A DNA stretch of 64,000 bases from Hamiltosporidium tvaerminnensis FI-OER-3-3 (GCA_022605425.2 CM061252.1:248001-312000); one strand, 5' to 3'; shown: positions 38,101-52,707, numbered from the stretch's first letter. Notes: generated by a model not told the origin, from the sequence alone. Numbers and translations are program-made.

Positions 38101-41100
38101 TTGGTCTTAACACGTAAAAGTTTAAAGTAATTAAGCCCATATGATCTTAATGAGCTGTAATGCCATTGAGTAGGCAATCAAGTAAGAAAATGTTTTCATT
38201 TGACGTTTATTTTATCTAAATAGAGATTCGTCTAAAAAAGGCTATCAAAACAAATATTTATACCTTAACTTCGCCGTGAAAAACAAAATAGTTCCGCAAA
38301 GTTAGATTTATTCTTTATCGAATGCTCATTTTCTGTTATCTTACATGTAAATTTTAAGCATATAGAAATATGGCTTTTTTAATCAGCTGAATTGATAACA
38401 ATGTTGTTTTTATGTGAAAATTTTCAGAAAAAAAGCTAACGTAGCTCACAATATTTATTAAACAAACTTTCATTCAAAAAGTGATTTGGCGCCTTTATCT
38501 ACTGGTTTCACTCTATTTAATCTCAGTCTATGTAATTTGATTTATTTGTATACGATTTGTTCTACCACAGCTAAAAAATTTTTTTTAACGTTTAATATTA
38601 AAAATATCCTTAAAATAATTTTTTGTTTAGAACTTCGTGGTTTACTTACGGCCATTTAACACCACTTTTAAGATTTATAAACCTGAAAAATTGTTTTATA
38701 ATATATTTCACATATATTTGGTAAATATAATCAGATATAGTTATATCTAATTCTGTTTGTATGTATCAAATGTAAACATTTCACTTCTTTTAAAATTTCA
38801 GAATAACATTTTGTAGTATTTTCTTATCAAAGCGGCTCGGTTATCTCAGCGTATATTTGGTTTCATCTCGACTGGATATTTTTTTATCGTTCTATGTATT
38901 ACTTTGCTGCGTATAGAAGCATATCCGAAGTCTTAATGTTTTATATTAATAAATTGTCGTAGGTATTTGATAGCACTGTAAAAAGCCATTTATTCAAACC
39001 TGTAAAAAATACTTGAGGCAAAAAATAGAATTCGAACTATCATGAAAGAACAAAATCTCCTTAAAATCAAAGAAACAGTGATTTTGTGCAGGTCCGTACT
39101 TAATTCAAATTGAAATAGTCTCAATTCGCTCTATATATTAAAAAATCATATCCGTAGAAGCAAAAAACTCAATTTTAAATTAAGAAGCTAAGCATATCGA
39201 GAGAAGTCATAGTACGATAAAATATAAAACTTCTTATTTTTCTTTTTAGGTTAATGACAATTCCAAGGAAACATTCAGTTGGTTTAAGGTTTTTGGAAGA
39301 AGACGTGAATGCCAACATAAATTTTCTAAGCGAATAAATCTCGATTTTATCTCAAATCTCTAAGTTTGTAGAGCATACCCCCAAAAAAATCTATTTTGTA
39401 AAGTTTAAGAAGTAGTTATCAACTGTTGTGTGACATTTTTTGTTGAGAAGTAACTTATGCTGGCTAGTCTCTCGCAGAAAACCATGGGAACAATATATGC
39501 CTAAGAATTCATTATTCATAGCAATTATTTTAAGCTAATATTCAATTAGACACCATAAAACTGTTATGGAAATGAATTGTATTAAAAATTTTCTTCTTTT
39601 AGGAAAAACAGTGTGATGTAGTCGATAAAGTGTACATGAATTTCCCACTCATGCTTTACATTAAAATATCAAAAACTTTTGCCTATGTTGGTAATTATTT
39701 ATAAGAAAAAGACTCTATTAAACGTTATAAACGAAAAAATCGATGTACTATAACGTTACCTATGCAATAAAAACGAAAGAAACTTGGATTTTAAAAGGTT
39801 CAAGATGCTTAATCACGAAACCAAAGTTACATATTTAGTTAGGCAACGTAAATTTCAAGTAATTTTCACTATTTACAAGCCTATTGATTTATAGTAACAC
39901 TAGTTAATGATATTTTTTGGCATTGGTCTCCTATGATAAACACCAATTTGTAATCCAGGCGTGAATTAAGGACTTAATCAAGCTTTTAAGGTTCTATATT
40001 CGGATTTCTCGATAACACTTAGTCGATAGTATAAAATTATAAAAGATATTTCTAAAAGAGTACATGCAATATATAGTATAGCGAACTATTCGAACTCAAA
40101 CTAAAACACTCTAAAATCTATTAAATAAGTTACTTTGAAGTTTCACTAACAGAGTTGAGACTGTAATCGTGCACGGGGAAAAAAATTCACCAAAATAAAA
40201 GTCGAAAACTCTGTGTTTGTTAAATTGTATTATTATCCTAAATTTTGGAAAGAGATGATTCAAATGAAATAACTATCTTGGCGTATTTAGCGTTGATATC
40301 GCTTGATATATTTAATAATGACAAAGAATGAGGACTATCTACGTCTAAAAGTCAGAGAAGAAAAAAGAGCATATATGGTTTTTTGAGTCTCGAAATGAAG
40401 TTCTTTTCTGATGGGTTCTCTAATCATATAATAGGAATAATCAAACAAGTCTAAAACCTGATTAAAAAAAAGATATAGGTTAAATCGGGAATTATTTTCT
40501 TATAGGCACTCGACTCGAAATTATAATTCTTAAAATATTCTGTCTAAATCAATTTCACTATAATTATAGCGCCAATTAGAATATTTGATATACTAAACAG
40601 AACAAATTGCCTATACACGCTGTTTTTGAAGCAAATGAACACAGGCACGAGCGAAAAATTTCTTTATTTATTTTGCCGAGTATGTACTTTTCTACCAGAA
40701 TTTTATGGGATGATAAGTGAGAGTATTTAAAATCATATACAATAAATGCTTCCATAAATGGCATGCGCAAAACGTCCCCATCTTATAGTTTCTTTCTACT
40801 CTATTAAACTTCCACATTAACCAATGCTAAAACTGTCAGAATATTTTGTGTGTTTATTAATTCGAGGCAGTTTTCGATGTTTAAATGTCATTTTTCTCCA
40901 CAAAGTTTTTGAAAATTAAGGTATCTAAATTGAAACTTACAGAAATATAATTCAAAAATAAGCAAACCAAAGCCTTATAGAACATATATAAAAAAACAGC
41001 CAATATATTTATATTAAATTATTTCATTTTACTCTTTTAAACAGTGAATTATAATATTTTTATCAGTTAATTTGATTAAATATTTTTAAATATTAATACA

Positions 41101-42859
41101 TTATTATTATAAAAGATATTTTTAATAATAAATAAATTATACTCAAAGAGAAAGTCAAAAGAATTGTTTAAAGGTAGTAAATTTTATTTACTTCCTTTTT
41201 CATCATCTTAATTCTTCAAATATCAAAGCAAAATTTATATGATTAGAATTAACATTTTTAATCCCTTTCATTCAAATTTTAGAAAATTAAATGTCCTTTC
41301 AAAATAAAATAATTATTTTACAAAACATCGAATTCCTTGCCGCGAGAGAAAAATAATTAACTTATCTCATTAATTTCCAATATTTAATATATATAGCTTC
41401 TATAATTAGAATTCTAATTAATTACTTTTTTTTTAATTCACACGTATTTTATTCTAATTCATCGCGTTTATTTAGCATGTGCTTAAACACGATAGATTAC
41501 ATTAACTTTACCCGGAAAATAAATTCAAAATCTGATAAACTGCTGTTAAGTCGTTTTTTAATTAAAAAGAAATTACTTTTTCAGGATGTTCAATCTATTT
41601 TCTAATAATTTACCCAATAATTATTTTTTTAAAAATCAGTCTAGATAACTCTTTTAGCTCTAAATTTTAGTTTTAAATCCCAGTGTCAGACTTGAATTAT
41701 TCTTATATTTGTATGTAAACATTTTTATTTCCAAAGTATGTTTCTTCATCAGACAGAAGAACAAATGTCACATTTCACGGAATAAAAATGAAAGTAAAAA
41801 ATCAGAAATTTCATTCGTTGTTTAATTTTATCTATACAATAACTAAAATAGTATTTTTTAAAATCATCAAATATATTCAAACTCTAATGATCTCAATGAT
41901 TACCTCTATAAAATTATCCTCGATCAATACAATAAATAACATAACAAGCATATTTCTAGAATGTTGTTTATACCAAAACCTTCAACTATTTTAAGATACA
42001 GAATTCTTACACTCAACCCATAGGTTTATATACTCTATTGCACAGTTGATGATATTTCGTAAAGTTTTTTTTGCTTAATACATCTAAATTAAATCTAAAT
42101 AGACTGTATTTAAATCAAATTTAAATCAAATTTAAATATTATTAAATCTAAAAAATCAAAAAAATCTAATTAAATCTAAATAAACTGTAATCAAATCAAA
42201 TTTAATCTAAAAGAACTGTGATTACAATATTCATCTTACGCTCTAATAATAATTTTATAACAGATTTTTTAAAATAAAAAATATTTCTAAATATCGTTCA
42301 ACGGTTTTCTTTTTATAAATTTTGTTGTTCTCAAATCAAAGATTATTTATTTTTATTAATATGTATTTATTTTCTAAGATGGTTAATTATTTCATTAATC
42401 TTCTATCTCTCAGTTTCGAGGAGTAACAAAAAAAAAGTTTTATTTTTTTCTTTTAATCTGTTGTAACTTGGGATTAAAGGATTTATTTATAGATCAGGTG
42501 TGTTTTAAATGCCATAAAAATGAAAATATAAATTTTTACACAAATTATACACACTTATTATAAATCAGATAGTTTTTAATGCCTATCTTCTGTACACCTT
42601 AAAATAACGAAAATAAACATAAATGAAGAGTCCAAATCAGAATAAGAAAATATGGTGGTAGTAGAGTTAGAAAGAAATATATTTAAATATGAAAAAAAGT
42701 TTAAATTTAAAAATTCATGAAATAGATTATTAAATGGTAATTTGTTGTAATTTTTTGTAATTAAATAAAATATAAATCAATACACCGTTAAATAAAGCCT
42801 TTTTAATTAACATCTCTTTAGATACTATAATATTATCATACGTCTAATCATAGTACACA

Positions 42860-43735
42860 CTCCTTATAACTAACACCCCTTTATAAATAATATAATATTA
42901 TCATACGTTTAACACCCCTTAAAACATAATATATACTCCTATTTCTAACACCCCTTTATAAATAATATAATATTATCATATGTTTAACACCCCTTTAAAC
43001 ATAGTACGTAATCCTTTATTATTAACACCCCCTTTATAAATACTATAAATATTTTTTACGTTTAACACCCCTTTAAACATAATATATACTCCTACATACT
43101 AACACCCCTTTATAAATACTATATCATTATGACAATAATTAACACCCCTTTAAACATAGTACATAATACTTTATAACTAACACCCCTTTATAAATACTAT
43201 AATAATATAACAATAACCAATGCCCCTTTATAAATACTATAATACTATCACACTAATTAACACCCCTTTATAAATACTATAATAATATAACAATAACCAA
43301 TGCCCCTTTATAAATACTATAATACTATCACACTAATTAACACCCCTTTATAAATACTATAATAATATAACAATAACCTATACCCCTTTAAATACTATAA
43401 TACTATCACACTAACTAACACCCCTTTATAAATACTATAATACTATCACAATAACCTATACCCCTTTATAAATACTATAATACTATCACACTAATTAACA
43501 CCCCTTTATAAATACTATAATAATATAACAATACCCCCTTATAAATACTATAATACTATCACACTAATTAATACCCCTTTAAATACTCAATACTATCACA
43601 CTAATTATTATAACCCCTTTAATCATAATACTATCACACTAATTAATACCCCTTTAAATACTTAATACTATCACACTAATTATTATAACCCCTTTAATCA
43701 TAATACATACTCCTTTATTATTAACACCCTTTTAA
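42860..43735. repeat. Minisatellite built on TAACACCCCTTTATAAATACTATAA
   Basis: ~20 imperfect 30-40 bp units; same core as the reverse complement of the 9720-11055 array. Confidence 0.9.
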
Positions 43736-43739
43736 TTTA

Positions 43740-45059
43740 CTACTCCAATTCCCATACTCTAACCCTATTATCCCCTCCGCAGGTACTTAAGTGTTTCCCA
43801 CAGACATCCAAACCCAAAATCAAATCAGAATGTCCTTTCAGCAGACACGACCCACCACCCACCAAATCAAACACCCTACACTGTGCTTTACCCACACCAA
43901 TCAAGTACTTCCCATCACCATAGAAACACATACCAATGACACTATCACCATATTCCAACAAAAACGAAGTTTTTTTCAAAACAAAATTATTTTCATTTTT
44001 TTCCATTTTATACACCAAAATCTGTCCTTCCGTATTCCCAACACTAATCAAAGTTCCTTTAATATCAGTACTTACTCTAAACGGTACCACCCCCAATACA
44101 ATATCACACATTTTAAAACTCTCATTTTCTATGTCATAAAAATATATTTTTCTTCCTTCCGTACACAACACAACCACCCTTTCTTCTTTTACAAAACACG
44201 AACACCCAACCCTTTCTCTAAAATTATATTCTATTCTTTTAAAATCCTCACCAACCCCCATTTCCTTAATAAAATAAATTACTATAAATAAAGGGTATAC
44301 CACTAATAACACTCCTTTACTATAAAATAACCCTCTAACACTATCTTTATAAACATCCCCTATAATATTACCATTATACATATTACCCCCCCTTTCATTA
44401 TACATTTTAATTCTTTTTTCTTCATAATTATTTCTACTAAATTTATTTTCTTTTTCTCCAATAATTTTACCCTTTTTTTTATTTAAATCCCATTCTTTTA
44501 CTGTCTTATCAATAACGGTATATAAAAATTTATTATCTTCTGTAAAAATAACATGTCCCATCTTACAATCCTTACACACAGGGGTTCTAACACCTAAATC
44601 TTTAAAAACTTCTATTCTCATATTATTACTCAATAAAAATATTTGATCTGTATTTCTATCTATAAGATACCCATTTGTTTCACTAACAACTCCTATATAA
44701 GAAGAAGTTAAAGATATAGCAGTACAACTTATATTTAAAAAAGTTTTAAGTAATTTTATATTTAAAATATTTGTACCACGTAAACACCAATCAAATCCTA
44801 GTTTTAGTAATGGAAGTTTTAAAGTATCTACTTTACTAACTAATACTTTGTTATGACTTTTGGCTAACTTTTTTAAATCAAGTATTGTAGATTGTAGATG
44901 TTCAAGTTCTGTGTCTTGCTTGTGTAACCTATCTTCAAGATCTTTTATTTTTTGGTGTAGTTGTATGTTCTCTTGGATTATAAATTCGTGTTCTTTTCTT
45001 AGAGAATCTAAAAGATCGTAAAATATGTTTTTTTGTGATGTTGGTCTGTGACGAAACAT
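43740..45059 (-). CDS. Tup1-like transcriptional corepressor (Tup_N-like coiled coil plus WD40 repeats)
   Basis: DLLDSLRKEHE..IKDLEDRLHKQDTELEHLQSTILDL resembles Tup_N; TVKEWDL and LKGHSDLILGLD...GGDNRVRVWE are WD40-like; start placed at 45059 (GCCCTTCAATG) rather than 45101. Confidence 0.7.
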   Translation of the reverse strand: MFRHRPTSQKNIFYDLLDSLRKEHEFIIQENIQLHQKIKDLEDRLHKQDTELEHLQSTILDLKKLAKSHNKVLVSKVDTLKLPLLKLGFDWCLRGTNILNIKLLKTFLNISCTAISLTSSYIGVVSETNGYLIDRNTDQIFLLSNNMRIEVFKDLGVRTPVCKDCKMGHVIFTEDNKFLYTVIDKTVKEWDLNKKKGKIIGEKENKFSRNNYEEKRIKMYNERGGNMYNGNIIGDVYKDSVRGLFYSKGVLLVVYPLFIVIYFIKEMGVGEDFKRIEYNFRERVGCSCFVKEERVVVLCTEGRKIYFYDIENESFKMCDIVLGVVPFRVSTDIKGTLISVGNTEGQILVYKMEKNENNFVLKKTSFLLEYGDSVIGMCFYGDGKYLIGVGKAQCRVFDLVGGGSCLLKGHSDLILGLDVCGKHLSTCGGDNRVRVWELE

Positions 45060-45584
45060 TGAAGGGCTTTTTATTATTTGTATTAATAAAAGGTATTTCA
45101 TAGAGGTTTAATTATTTTGTGATAGAGTAGGGGGTGTTAGTGACAGTAGGGTATGTCATAGGGTCTTAATGACAGTAGGATTGTCATAGGATGTTAGTGA
45201 TAGGAGTAGGTTAGAGGCTGTTAATAACAGTAGAGTAAGGAAGAGGTAGTGTTAATAATAGGAATATGTCATAGGTAGTGTTAATAATAGGAATATGCCA
45301 GAGGTAGTGTTATTTATAAGGACTTTTAAATAACGGTTAATACAGTATTCTTACAAAATAAAAAAAAAAATTATTTATTAAATCTTATAAATAAAGAACA
45401 ACAGAGACTGAAATATTTATTTAAGAAATTTTTATTTAAATAAACATAAAACCTATAACTCAATCCTTCGCAGATCCCATATATCCCATATATCCTTTTA
45501 CTTTATCTTCTTAAATAAATAAACACAGAACTTCTCTTATATCCCTATCTCTCATCTAATATCCCATATATTCCATATATCCTT

Positions 45585-45992
45585 TTACTTTATCTTCTTA
45601 AATAAATAAACACAGAACTTCTGTAACTTACTTATCTCTTCACTAAGTTCACTTACCCCTATTTCATCAATAGGTTTTTCACATCCTAGTTGATAACTAT
45701 ATATCTTATCTTTCTCAATACAATATCTATTTAAATATTCTTTATAAATAAAATTAACAACAATATATTTTTTACCAATAAAACTGTTACACAAAGAACA
45801 TTGAATTATATTATATGTACAATCTTTATCTAACGTATTATTACTTACTATATTTGTAGGAAGTATATTTGTTGTAGTTGCTAATGTAGAAAATATTAGT
45901 GTGTTGTTTTTGTAGTTAAGAAGTGTAAATGAATCACCTAGTATTGTTTTACATGACTTGCATTGAATTACAAATGGGTTTTGTTGTATCAT
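45585..45992 (-). CDS. Mis18-like (Yippee/Mis18 zinc-binding) protein
   Basis: CKSCKTILGDS and CSLCNSFIGKKY CxxC pairs; C-terminal helix ELSEEISKLQKF typical of Mis18 rather than YPEL; TTTCCCAATG start. Confidence 0.8.
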   Translation of the reverse strand: MIQQNPFVIQCKSCKTILGDSFTLLNYKNNTLIFSTLATTTNILPTNIVSNNTLDKDCTYNIIQCSLCNSFIGKKYIVVNFIYKEYLNRYCIEKDKIYSYQLGCEKPIDEIGVSELSEEISKLQKFCVYLFKKIK

Positions 45993-46039
45993 TGGGAAAT
46001 ACGGTTTTAACGATTTAAATATTTTAAATGAGTGGGGTA

Positions 46040-46130
46040 CGGTTATAGTAGGGTTATAGTAGGGTTATAGTAGGGTTATAGTAGGGTTATAGTAGGGTTA
46101 TAGTAGGGTTATAGTAGGGTAGGGTTATAG
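46040..46130 (+). repeat. 11-bp telomere-like minisatellite (TAGTAGGGTTA)n
   Basis: About 7 perfect units followed by degenerate ones. Confidence 0.9.
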
Positions 46131-46459
46131 TTATATTAGGGTGATAGTTATAGTAGGGTAGTTATAAGAATTAAGAATAAAATTTGTATAAATAAGAATA
46201 AGAATAGAAATTTTATTTAAGATTTGGATTAAAGAAATGAGAGAATTTAAATATTTCAAAAAAAAAATTTTGAAAATATAATTTAAGATTTCAGTTGAAA
46301 AGCTTTTTTATTTTTTATTTTAATTAGATTGTAAGATGGGTAGTTGGAAAAAAGTAGACAGCGAAAATATGAAAACAGAAAAAATTAAGGCTGTAAACAA
46401 CTTGGAGAAAGGCGCAAGTGAGATTTTTATGTGTGATGTAGATGTAGCAATGTTATCCG

Positions 46460-49400
46460 AGAGACTTCAACCTCCACCGACCAACCACCAAGCAGTAGTT
46501 GTCAGACTAGTCCTGTCTGCTTGGTTGACACCATACCCTCGTCTTCTGGTACCGATGCCACTGCGTTTGGACCAGCCAAAGGCATGACAAACCTCAATAC
46601 AGATGCCCTTCTAAAAGGGAATCGACTGATGGTATTGCACTCAATACTTGACTCTGTCACAGTCGTAGAGCAGGAAGGGCCTAGATCTGCTATTCTAGCA
46701 GTGCAAAAGAGGTTTGAGAGAATGCCCAGAAATGGCTGGCCCGCTACTCTGAGGTACTATAATGAGAAATTTAGCTGCACACTAGATACCGATGCGTTTA
46801 AAAAACTCGCACAAAATGAGGCAGAAAGGAAAATAAGGCAAGAAGAGAATGGAGAGCGACATAGAATCGCCACTTGTCTCACTGAGCCTAGCACCCTGAC
46901 TGACACCACGGAGTTCATAAACCTGAGAGATAAATTTTTGAGTAAAATCAAAGAAATCTCGGAGGAGGAAATTGGAAAAGTGGTGGTCCGAACTCGAAAG
47001 CTTCCAAGTGAATTGGTTGACAGTAAAGTTTAGGACCTTATAAATCGAATTATTGGTGAGTATGCTGATTCTTATGTGCCGATGACGATAACTGCAGTGG
47101 CACGGATAATCCAGGCAGCCCAGGTATGCTATGACCAGGTAACACGCAAAGAAGAGCCTAGATCCGCTTGTAAGGAAACCATAGAAAGTAAAATTTCTAA
47201 GTTAGTACTTTCCAAAGATCTTCTCGAGAAGGCTCGTAAGCAGGAAAAGCTCTCCACTTCGGAAACGAAGAGCCTTAAGAAAATCATGCGAGAGTTTAAT
47301 TTAACCTTGAGCAGCGTAACCGATCTTTCTGAGGCTTTAGTTAAGAAGAATGAGTCTTTGAATGTTTACGAGAAAAAAATTACGATGCATGAAAGCAGGA
47401 AGCGATTCCGAAAAGAGAATCGTATGTTTGAGATTTTCCGAGGTCGATTTTATCGTGTGTTATCTGAGCGTGTGGAATCCGAGCATGTGGTTAGTCGTGA
47501 TGAAATTGTGAGTTTTTGGTCTACAATGTGGAACAAAAAGGATAAAATAGTTATGTATGATGCTTATTTGATTCCATTTGTATCAGATAATCATCCGACC
47601 ACGTTTCCTTCACTTGATGAATTTGTAAATATCATTAATTGGCTCCCCAATTGGAAAGCTGCTGGAATTGATGGTATTTACAATTTTTTCATTAAGAAAC
47701 TTACAACTCTTCACAAATATATTTATGATATTGTGAAAGTTATATGTTTAGAAGGAACACCTCAAGCTGATTGGTTTTACTGCAGACTTAACTATTTGAT
47801 ACCCAAAGGAATTCCACAAAGAGGCTCGGACTACAAGCCAATCACTTGTATGTCCAACCTCTATAAGTTAACGATCCAGTGTGTAACGAAGGTCATTCAA
47901 CTTGAAGTGAAAAGGCGAGGGTTGCTTGCAGAGAACCAATTAGGGGCGGTAAGAGGTGTGCTGGGAGCGAAAGAGCAGGCTCTACTGAATATAGCCTTAA
48001 ATAAAGAGTACGGAAACAATCTTAAGGCAACATGGATTGATGTTAAAAAAGCTTATGATTCAATAGATCATGCTTATTTAACTCAATGCATTGAAAACCT
48101 TAATTTACCTAATTGGATCGTGAAATTTATCAAGGTAATTATATCAAAATGGAAAATTGATATATCAGTAGGGCCTGATAAAATCATGAGCAAGAAGATT
48201 GAGAGAGGGATTTTGCAAGGAGATAGTTTGTCACCATTGTTGTTTGTGTTGTGTATGGATCCATTAAGCCGAAAGCTTAATGAAAAATACACAAAAGTGA
48301 CAGTACAAACAGATACAGAATCCCATTCTACTAATCATTTCTTGTTTATTGATGATCTTAAGCTCCTTGCTAAAGACAGCTCCACATTGAGTGCTATGAC
48401 AGGCGAGGCAAAGGAATTTTTAGAGGTGATTGGCTTAGAGATTAACAAAGAGAAGTCAGCCACAAATGATACATGTTGTGAAGATACTGCTACTCTTCTA
48501 GAAGGTGTTAGTGTTTACAAATATTTAGGAATAATAGAAGATAGCAGAGGAATCCCAACACGTAGCTCATTTGAAGAAGTACAAAGCAAACTTATATCAA
48601 GAGTTGAAAGACTTTGTTACACTAGATTAAATGCAAAAAATTTATTTTCTGCAATCAATCAACATGTGCTATCCTTAATCACTATCATATAGGTGTACTT
48701 CGACTTGAACCGGCTGACTTCTCTAAGTTAGATGATGCAGTGCGTGCGGTGTTGGTGAAGAATAAGATACATCTCCGCCCAGGATGTAAAGAGCGTTTGT
48801 ATCTTCCTAGAACAGAACTTGGAAAAGGCCTACATAGTGTTGAGTTGCGAAGCGAACATATGCTTCTGCAACTCTTGGATTGTCTGGAAAAAAGTAAAGA
48901 AATATCAACTAGACGAGCAGCAATCCTCAAGGATGAAAATAATAATAAAACCCATCTTGCACTAATAAAAGGCTCCTTAAAAGTAAAGTACAGGTTGGTA
49001 GAAGAAGTCACTAAGAAAAGTTTAGAAGAAGCTCAACTTGCAAAACTATATAACGAAATAGAAAAACGAAAACTCCATTCAAAGTTATATAATGCAAGAA
49101 AAAATGAGCTTGTGACTGTTAGTGACTCTTCAAGATGGCTAAAGAGAGGAAATATTATGCCACGAAATGAAGCTGTGTTCTGCTATATCCAGGATAGAAA
49201 TGTATTCTGGTGAGCAGATGGTATGTGTCACACTGCGGGAAGTCTGGTAAGACTGTAGATCATCTGGCAACCCGATGTGAAAAAATGCTAAGCCATAACT
49301 ACACCAGACGGCATAATGAAGTGGTTAGATGCCTACACTTGATTCTCTTAAATAGATATAAGTTTAAGTCTTCAAAACGAATAAGGAGTCACTCAGTTCA

Positions 49401-50097
49401 AGAAATTCTTGATAATGAGTATGCAGAGATAAGAGTGGACACCAGAATTAAAACTGATGTTAAAATTCGGAATAACAGACCCGACATATTTATTTTAGAT
49501 AAGAAGAAGAATAAGATAACACTCATTGAAGTAGGAATCACTTCCCAAGATTCCCTTAAAATAGTTTAAACTGAAAAACTTAGGAAGTATGACCTGCTGC
49601 CAATGATTTGGGTCTTATTTATAAGTGTAGTGTTGAGATAATTCTTATGTGATGACCTGAGACGGTATTGTGACAAAATACCATAAATTACATCTTAAAA
49701 GACTAGAAATACCCATAAATGTAGAGGCATATATACAATGCATGTACTCAAGAAGACAGTCGAAACTATTTCCTTTGATCGACGAAGAGTACTTGAGTCA
49801 GGACTAAATGCCGAAGAGAGCTGGGCGAGAGCTTCAATGGGTGTTATTATGAGAGCAAAGATGCATGAGGAACCACACTCCCTTTAAACGAGAGAAGAGA
49901 GAGGCAGATGGTGCAAAAAATTTTTAACCGAAAAATAAAGCACCCCTTATTTCACAAGGAGGAACCACTTTAGAGGAACCGACCAATAACAAAAATGAAG
50001 AGTCGGATTTAGAAGAAGAGACAAAAGTGGTTAAAGAGGTAGAAGAAAACATATAAATGGTAAAAATATTTTAACTCAGAATTTTATTAAATAAAAA
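46460..50097 (+). mobile_element. R4-clade-like RLE non-LTR retrotransposon, near full length, inactivated
   Basis: RT motifs WKAAGIDGI, DYKPITC, DVKKAYDSIDH, RGILQGDSLSPLLF, FIDD, YKYLG; RLYLPRTELGKGL; zinc knuckle xHCGKSGKTVDHLATRC; RHN; RPDIFILD...IEVGI (PD-D/ExK); in-frame TAG at 47031, frameshifts near 48665, 49215 and 49600; A-rich end. Confidence 0.93.
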
Positions 50098-50780
50098 TTG
50101 ATTATCTAATCCTATTTTTTTAAATTAGATCAAATATATTTCAAAAAAAAATTTTAATTAATAAAACTCTGGGTTAACAAATTTTTCTCTTTTCTAAATA
50201 ATTCTTCCCACCATTTCAACCAATTATATTTCTTCCTCCAACTCCAACTCTTCATTTGTATTAGTTGATGGTTCCTTTGCTGTGGTTATGCCATCCAAAA
50301 TAAGGGGTAAAATATTTTTTGTATTTTCAGTTTTAACATCATCTTCTTCGTCGTCTAATTGCTTTAAAGGGGGTATTGGTTGTTTATGCATCTCAGCTCG
50401 TAAAATAACACTTAATGATGCACTCTCCCAGCTCTCTTCGGCATTTGGTTCAGACTCAAGTACTCTTCGTCGATCAAAAGAAATTGTTTCGACTGTATTC
50501 TGGAGTACTATGTATTGTATCTAAGCTTCTACATTTATGGGTATTTGCAGTCTCTTAACATAAGTCTAATGGTATTTTGTCACAATACTGTCCCAGGTCA
50601 TCACATAAGGAATTATCTCTACACTGCATTTATAAATAAGACTTAACTCATTAGCTAATAGATCATACTTATAAGCTTCTCTGTTTTAACTATTGGAAGA
50701 GAGTCTTGGGATGTGATTCCTACTTCAATGAGCATTATCCTATTCTGGCTTTTGTCTAAAATAAATATATCTGGTCTGTT
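50098..50780 (-). mobile_element. 5'-truncated 3' end of an R4-clade LINE (different subfamily), tail-to-tail with the + strand element
   Basis: Reverse complement encodes NRPDIFILDK..IEVGITSQDS..KYDLLANEL..MTWD..KTVETISFDRRRVLES, homologous to 49475-49890. Confidence 0.9.
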
Positions 50781-52707
50781 ACACTAAAACATAAATATAT
50801 ATAAGAATATAAATATAAATATGTATGAAAGAATATAAACGTATTTTATAATACCCAATTTTCTTCTATACAATTCTTGTGATATTTTTCCTTAATACTC
50901 TATGCATTATTTAGTAACGTGAAATTAATGATAACAAATTGCTCAAAAATAGTCTAAATATTTTCTTATAAACATTTTTGAACTTCGTATTCCTGGTATT
51001 TTGTTTGTAAAAAAGCTCATAACGAGAATTCAAAGTCTTAAAAGAACATTTAATTTTTATGATAAATACCTGTTTAGGTTTCTAATTTAGTATGATATCT
51101 AGTTTTGTACCTTTCTGAGAATGTAATATTTTCCGGTTCTACCCCAATTCTAATAGTTACATGTATTACTGAAGTGTTAAATAATAGCCTGGTAAAAACT
51201 GTTACCTATAACAATTCTTTACTAAACGATCATCATTATCAAAAATATCAGTTTCACATAAAAATTTAAAAAAATTGTTTGTCTTTTATTTCGGTTCCAT
51301 CTATTAAATACCATGCTTGTGCTAAAGCCTTTTCAATCTTACTAGAGACACGAGTAAACAACCAATAACTTGATTTCGATAAAGATTGCACTTATATAAT
51401 ATTACATCATTTAGAAATCGATAGTTTAATATAAAGAGTTTTAATACCTTTGCAAGAGACATTCGATTGTTTGATTTCCTGTTTGAAGTTATATTTGAGT
51501 TTGCGGATGTTGATACCGAATAGGGTTTCTTAAAATATTAAAATCTACACAAATTTTTACAAATATAATCGAAAAGTATTTTTAATTTCTGAATGCAGCA
51601 TTCAGGTGGTCTTTCTTTGGTAATCGGTTCGTGAAAGTATTATACAACGTGTCCGCTAGATTTTGTTTGCACATGTACAGCCAAAGCCATAATTTGAGTC
51701 AACTTCATTGCAGAATCAACTTTATATGAAGTTATTTTTGATTCCTTGGGTGATTATTGATCTATTAAATCAATAATAATATGTTACCTCGGTCTTTTTG
51801 CTGTTACAAATCGTAGATTATCAGATCCTTTGGAAAAGCAAAGGCATTACGAAGCTTAAACGTTTCAATACCAAATTATTATTTCTTAAATATCTAACCA
51901 TATGTATCCCTTTCTAGATCGAACTGAATATTGCTATTATTCTGATTCTGATGTTAAAAGAACCCTGTAAATATTTCCGGATGAGACTCATAATAAACAT
52001 CTTAGGTGGCTTTTAAATCCTTTCTCCATTCCTTTTCTTACGTTTTTATCCTTGTTTGGAAAAAGCTTTACATCTTCATAAAATTCTTTTTTAGAACAAT
52101 TTATAATAAAGCTTAATTGTCACAGTTTAAATTGTCGTTTCTTTCTTTTATCTTAGTCAATGTAATTTTTTTTGATTTGCTTATTACCACCAAAAGTTTA
52201 TAAAAATGAGTCTTCAACTACCACTTATGTTTGTTAAGAAAAATACAAACAAAAATTTTTCAAGCCGTTTGGTTTTATCAATGTTTTTAAATTTATAGCA
52301 GATTCTATTTTTATTTTTATAGTAAGTTAAGGAAAAGGTGAGCAATAGAATACGAGTTTGATTATTATTTATGTTCCTAATTTTCATATAATTACTTAAA
52401 AATTATAGTTAGACTATTTTGATCTTTCTTCAGATTTCTAACAAGAACCACAATAAAGTAGGAAATATATTTTTTGAGAATTATCTTTAGCAAAAAAAAT
52501 TCATAGAGTTAAAAAGCTTTAAAATAAAAGGCTAATATTTGAAAAGGGTCATATTTTTTGTGTTTAAAACGTACATTTGTACAGAACTTAAGAATTTTTT
52601 TTGTAGGAATATATTCAAACAACTTTATAATATGTAGTTCGAATTAGGAAAAAAAATATTTAAATCATAAAAAAGCTAAATTTGTTTGTGACCTTTAATT
52701 AAAGAAT

